A stretch of DNA of 64,000 bases. It comes from Candidatus Omnitrophota bacterium (GTDB lineage: Bacteria; Omnitrophota; Gorgyraeia; Gygaellales; Profunditerraquicolaceae). Below, one piece after another: positions 63,071-64,000 of this stretch. The stretch covers positions 896 to 64,895 of the forward strand of contig QZKH01000009.1 of the NCBI GenBank assembly GCA_003598025.1. The letters are read 5' to 3'. Within the stretch, counting starts at the first letter, position 1. Every line of letters starts with the position of its first letter. The translations under genes were made by a program, and so were the position numbers. Below the pieces are notes generated by a model. The model did no database searches. It had not been told where the DNA came from and saw only the letters and a list, made by a program, of their open reading frames with translations.

Positions 63071-64000
63071 ATGATAAGAGTGAGGTTCGCGCCGTCGCCC
63101 ACCGGGAATTTACATATCGGCGGGGCAAGGACAGCGCTTTTTAATTGGCTATTTGCGCAGGCAAAAAATGGCGAGTTTGTATTACGTATCGAAGATACCG
63201 ATAGCCTGCGCTCAAGGCAGGAGTTTGTAGATGAAATTCTGAATAGCCTTAAGTGGCTTGGATTTAGCTGGGACGGTATGGAATTCCAAAGTAAAAGATT
63301 TGAACTTTACCGTTCCCAGGCAGACAGGCTGCTAAAAGACGGATCGGCATATATTGAGAAAACAGATAAGGGAGAAGCTGTTATTTATAAAGTTAAGCCT
63401 CAAAAGATTATAATCGATGACCTTATAAGGGGCTGTATTGAATTCGATACCAGTGTGATTAAGGACCAGGTTTTGATAAAATCAGACGGTACACCTACAT
63501 ATAATTTTGCCTGCGTAGTAGATGATGCGCTTATGCAAATCAGCCATGTTGTGCGCGGAGACGACCATATATCGAATACCCCTAAACAAATCTTGATTTA
63601 TCAGGCGCTAGGTTTTGATTTGCCGAAATTTGCGCACCTTCCTTTAATCCTCGGCATGGAGGGGGGGCGTCTTTCAAAGAGGACCGGAGCTACGGCAATA
63701 AGCGAATACAGGGCAATGGGATATTTAGCGCCGGCATTAGTGAATTATCTCTTGTTGTTGAGTTGGTCTCCCGGGGAAAATCGCGAGATCATAGATATCA
63801 ATGAGGCTGTTAAATTGTTTGAGCTGGAAAAAGTAAATAAAACGGCAGCAACATTTGATTTAAAGAAACTGGACTGGATGAATAACCAATATATCAAGAA
63901 TGCAGAAACCAATCTTTTGGCTGAAAATATAATTTCACTGCTCATTGAAAGGGGCATGATAAAAAAAGATGATTTTGATAGAAATTACATTATTTCTTTG
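63071..64000 (+). CDS. gltX: Glutamate-tRNA ligase (partial, runs off the window end)
   Basis: Not in ORF track; MIRVRFAPSPTGNLHIGGARTALFNW, RIEDTD, PTYNFACVVDD, VRGDDH, LSKR. Confidence 0.95.
   Translation, partial: MIRVRFAPSPTGNLHIGGARTALFNWLFAQAKNGEFVLRIEDTDSLRSRQEFVDEILNSLKWLGFSWDGMEFQSKRFELYRSQADRLLKDGSAYIEKTDKGEAVIYKVKPQKIIIDDLIRGCIEFDTSVIKDQVLIKSDGTPTYNFACVVDDALMQISHVVRGDDHISNTPKQILIYQALGFDLPKFAHLPLILGMEGGRLSKRTGATAISEYRAMGYLAPALVNYLLLLSWSPGENREIIDINEAVKLFELEKVNKTAATFDLKKLDWMNNQYIKNAETNLLAENIISLLIERGMIKKDDFDRNYIISL

Overview
Core chromosomal window spanning the replication origin of a moderately AT-rich bacterium. The genome is most likely Candidatus Omnitrophota (OP3); this is inferred from the Chlamydia/spirochaete-type V-ATPase gene order, a Tad ATPase and a GGIDF-motif secreted protein. 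All genes up to ~31.2 kb are on the - strand (dnaA-dnaN-DUF721-gyrB-gyrA, tRNA-Glu, glmS, rsmI, a 1029-aa modular secreted protein, a PyrR-attenuated pyr cluster interleaved with repair genes, V-type ATPase). All genes after are on the + strand (rpmH-yidD-yidC-mini-jag, parS/parA/parB, ndk, gmk, rpoZ, three tRNAs, cpaF, thrS-infC-rpmI-rplT, trk cluster, pheST, 6S RNA, rarA, rny, xseAB, dxs, a 2-oxoacid:ferredoxin oxidoreductase, gltX). No CRISPR, IS or prophage was seen. Most notable: (1) a pervasive set of tiny repeat elements, namely heptamer arrays and self-nested palindromes, inserted in-frame into housekeeping genes, between genes and into the D-loop of a duplicated tRNA-Val 5' fragment; (2) a secreted protein that looks like a scaffold with SSP-delimited cargo modules; (3) rnpA and recF missing from their canonical loci, a half-length CarB, a Jag_N-only protein and trimmed aminoacyl-tRNA synthetases; (4) an unannotated 38-aa membrane ORF inside the trk operon; (5) a GH39-like protein lacking its acid/base glutamate. 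All calls were made by eye; no searches were run.
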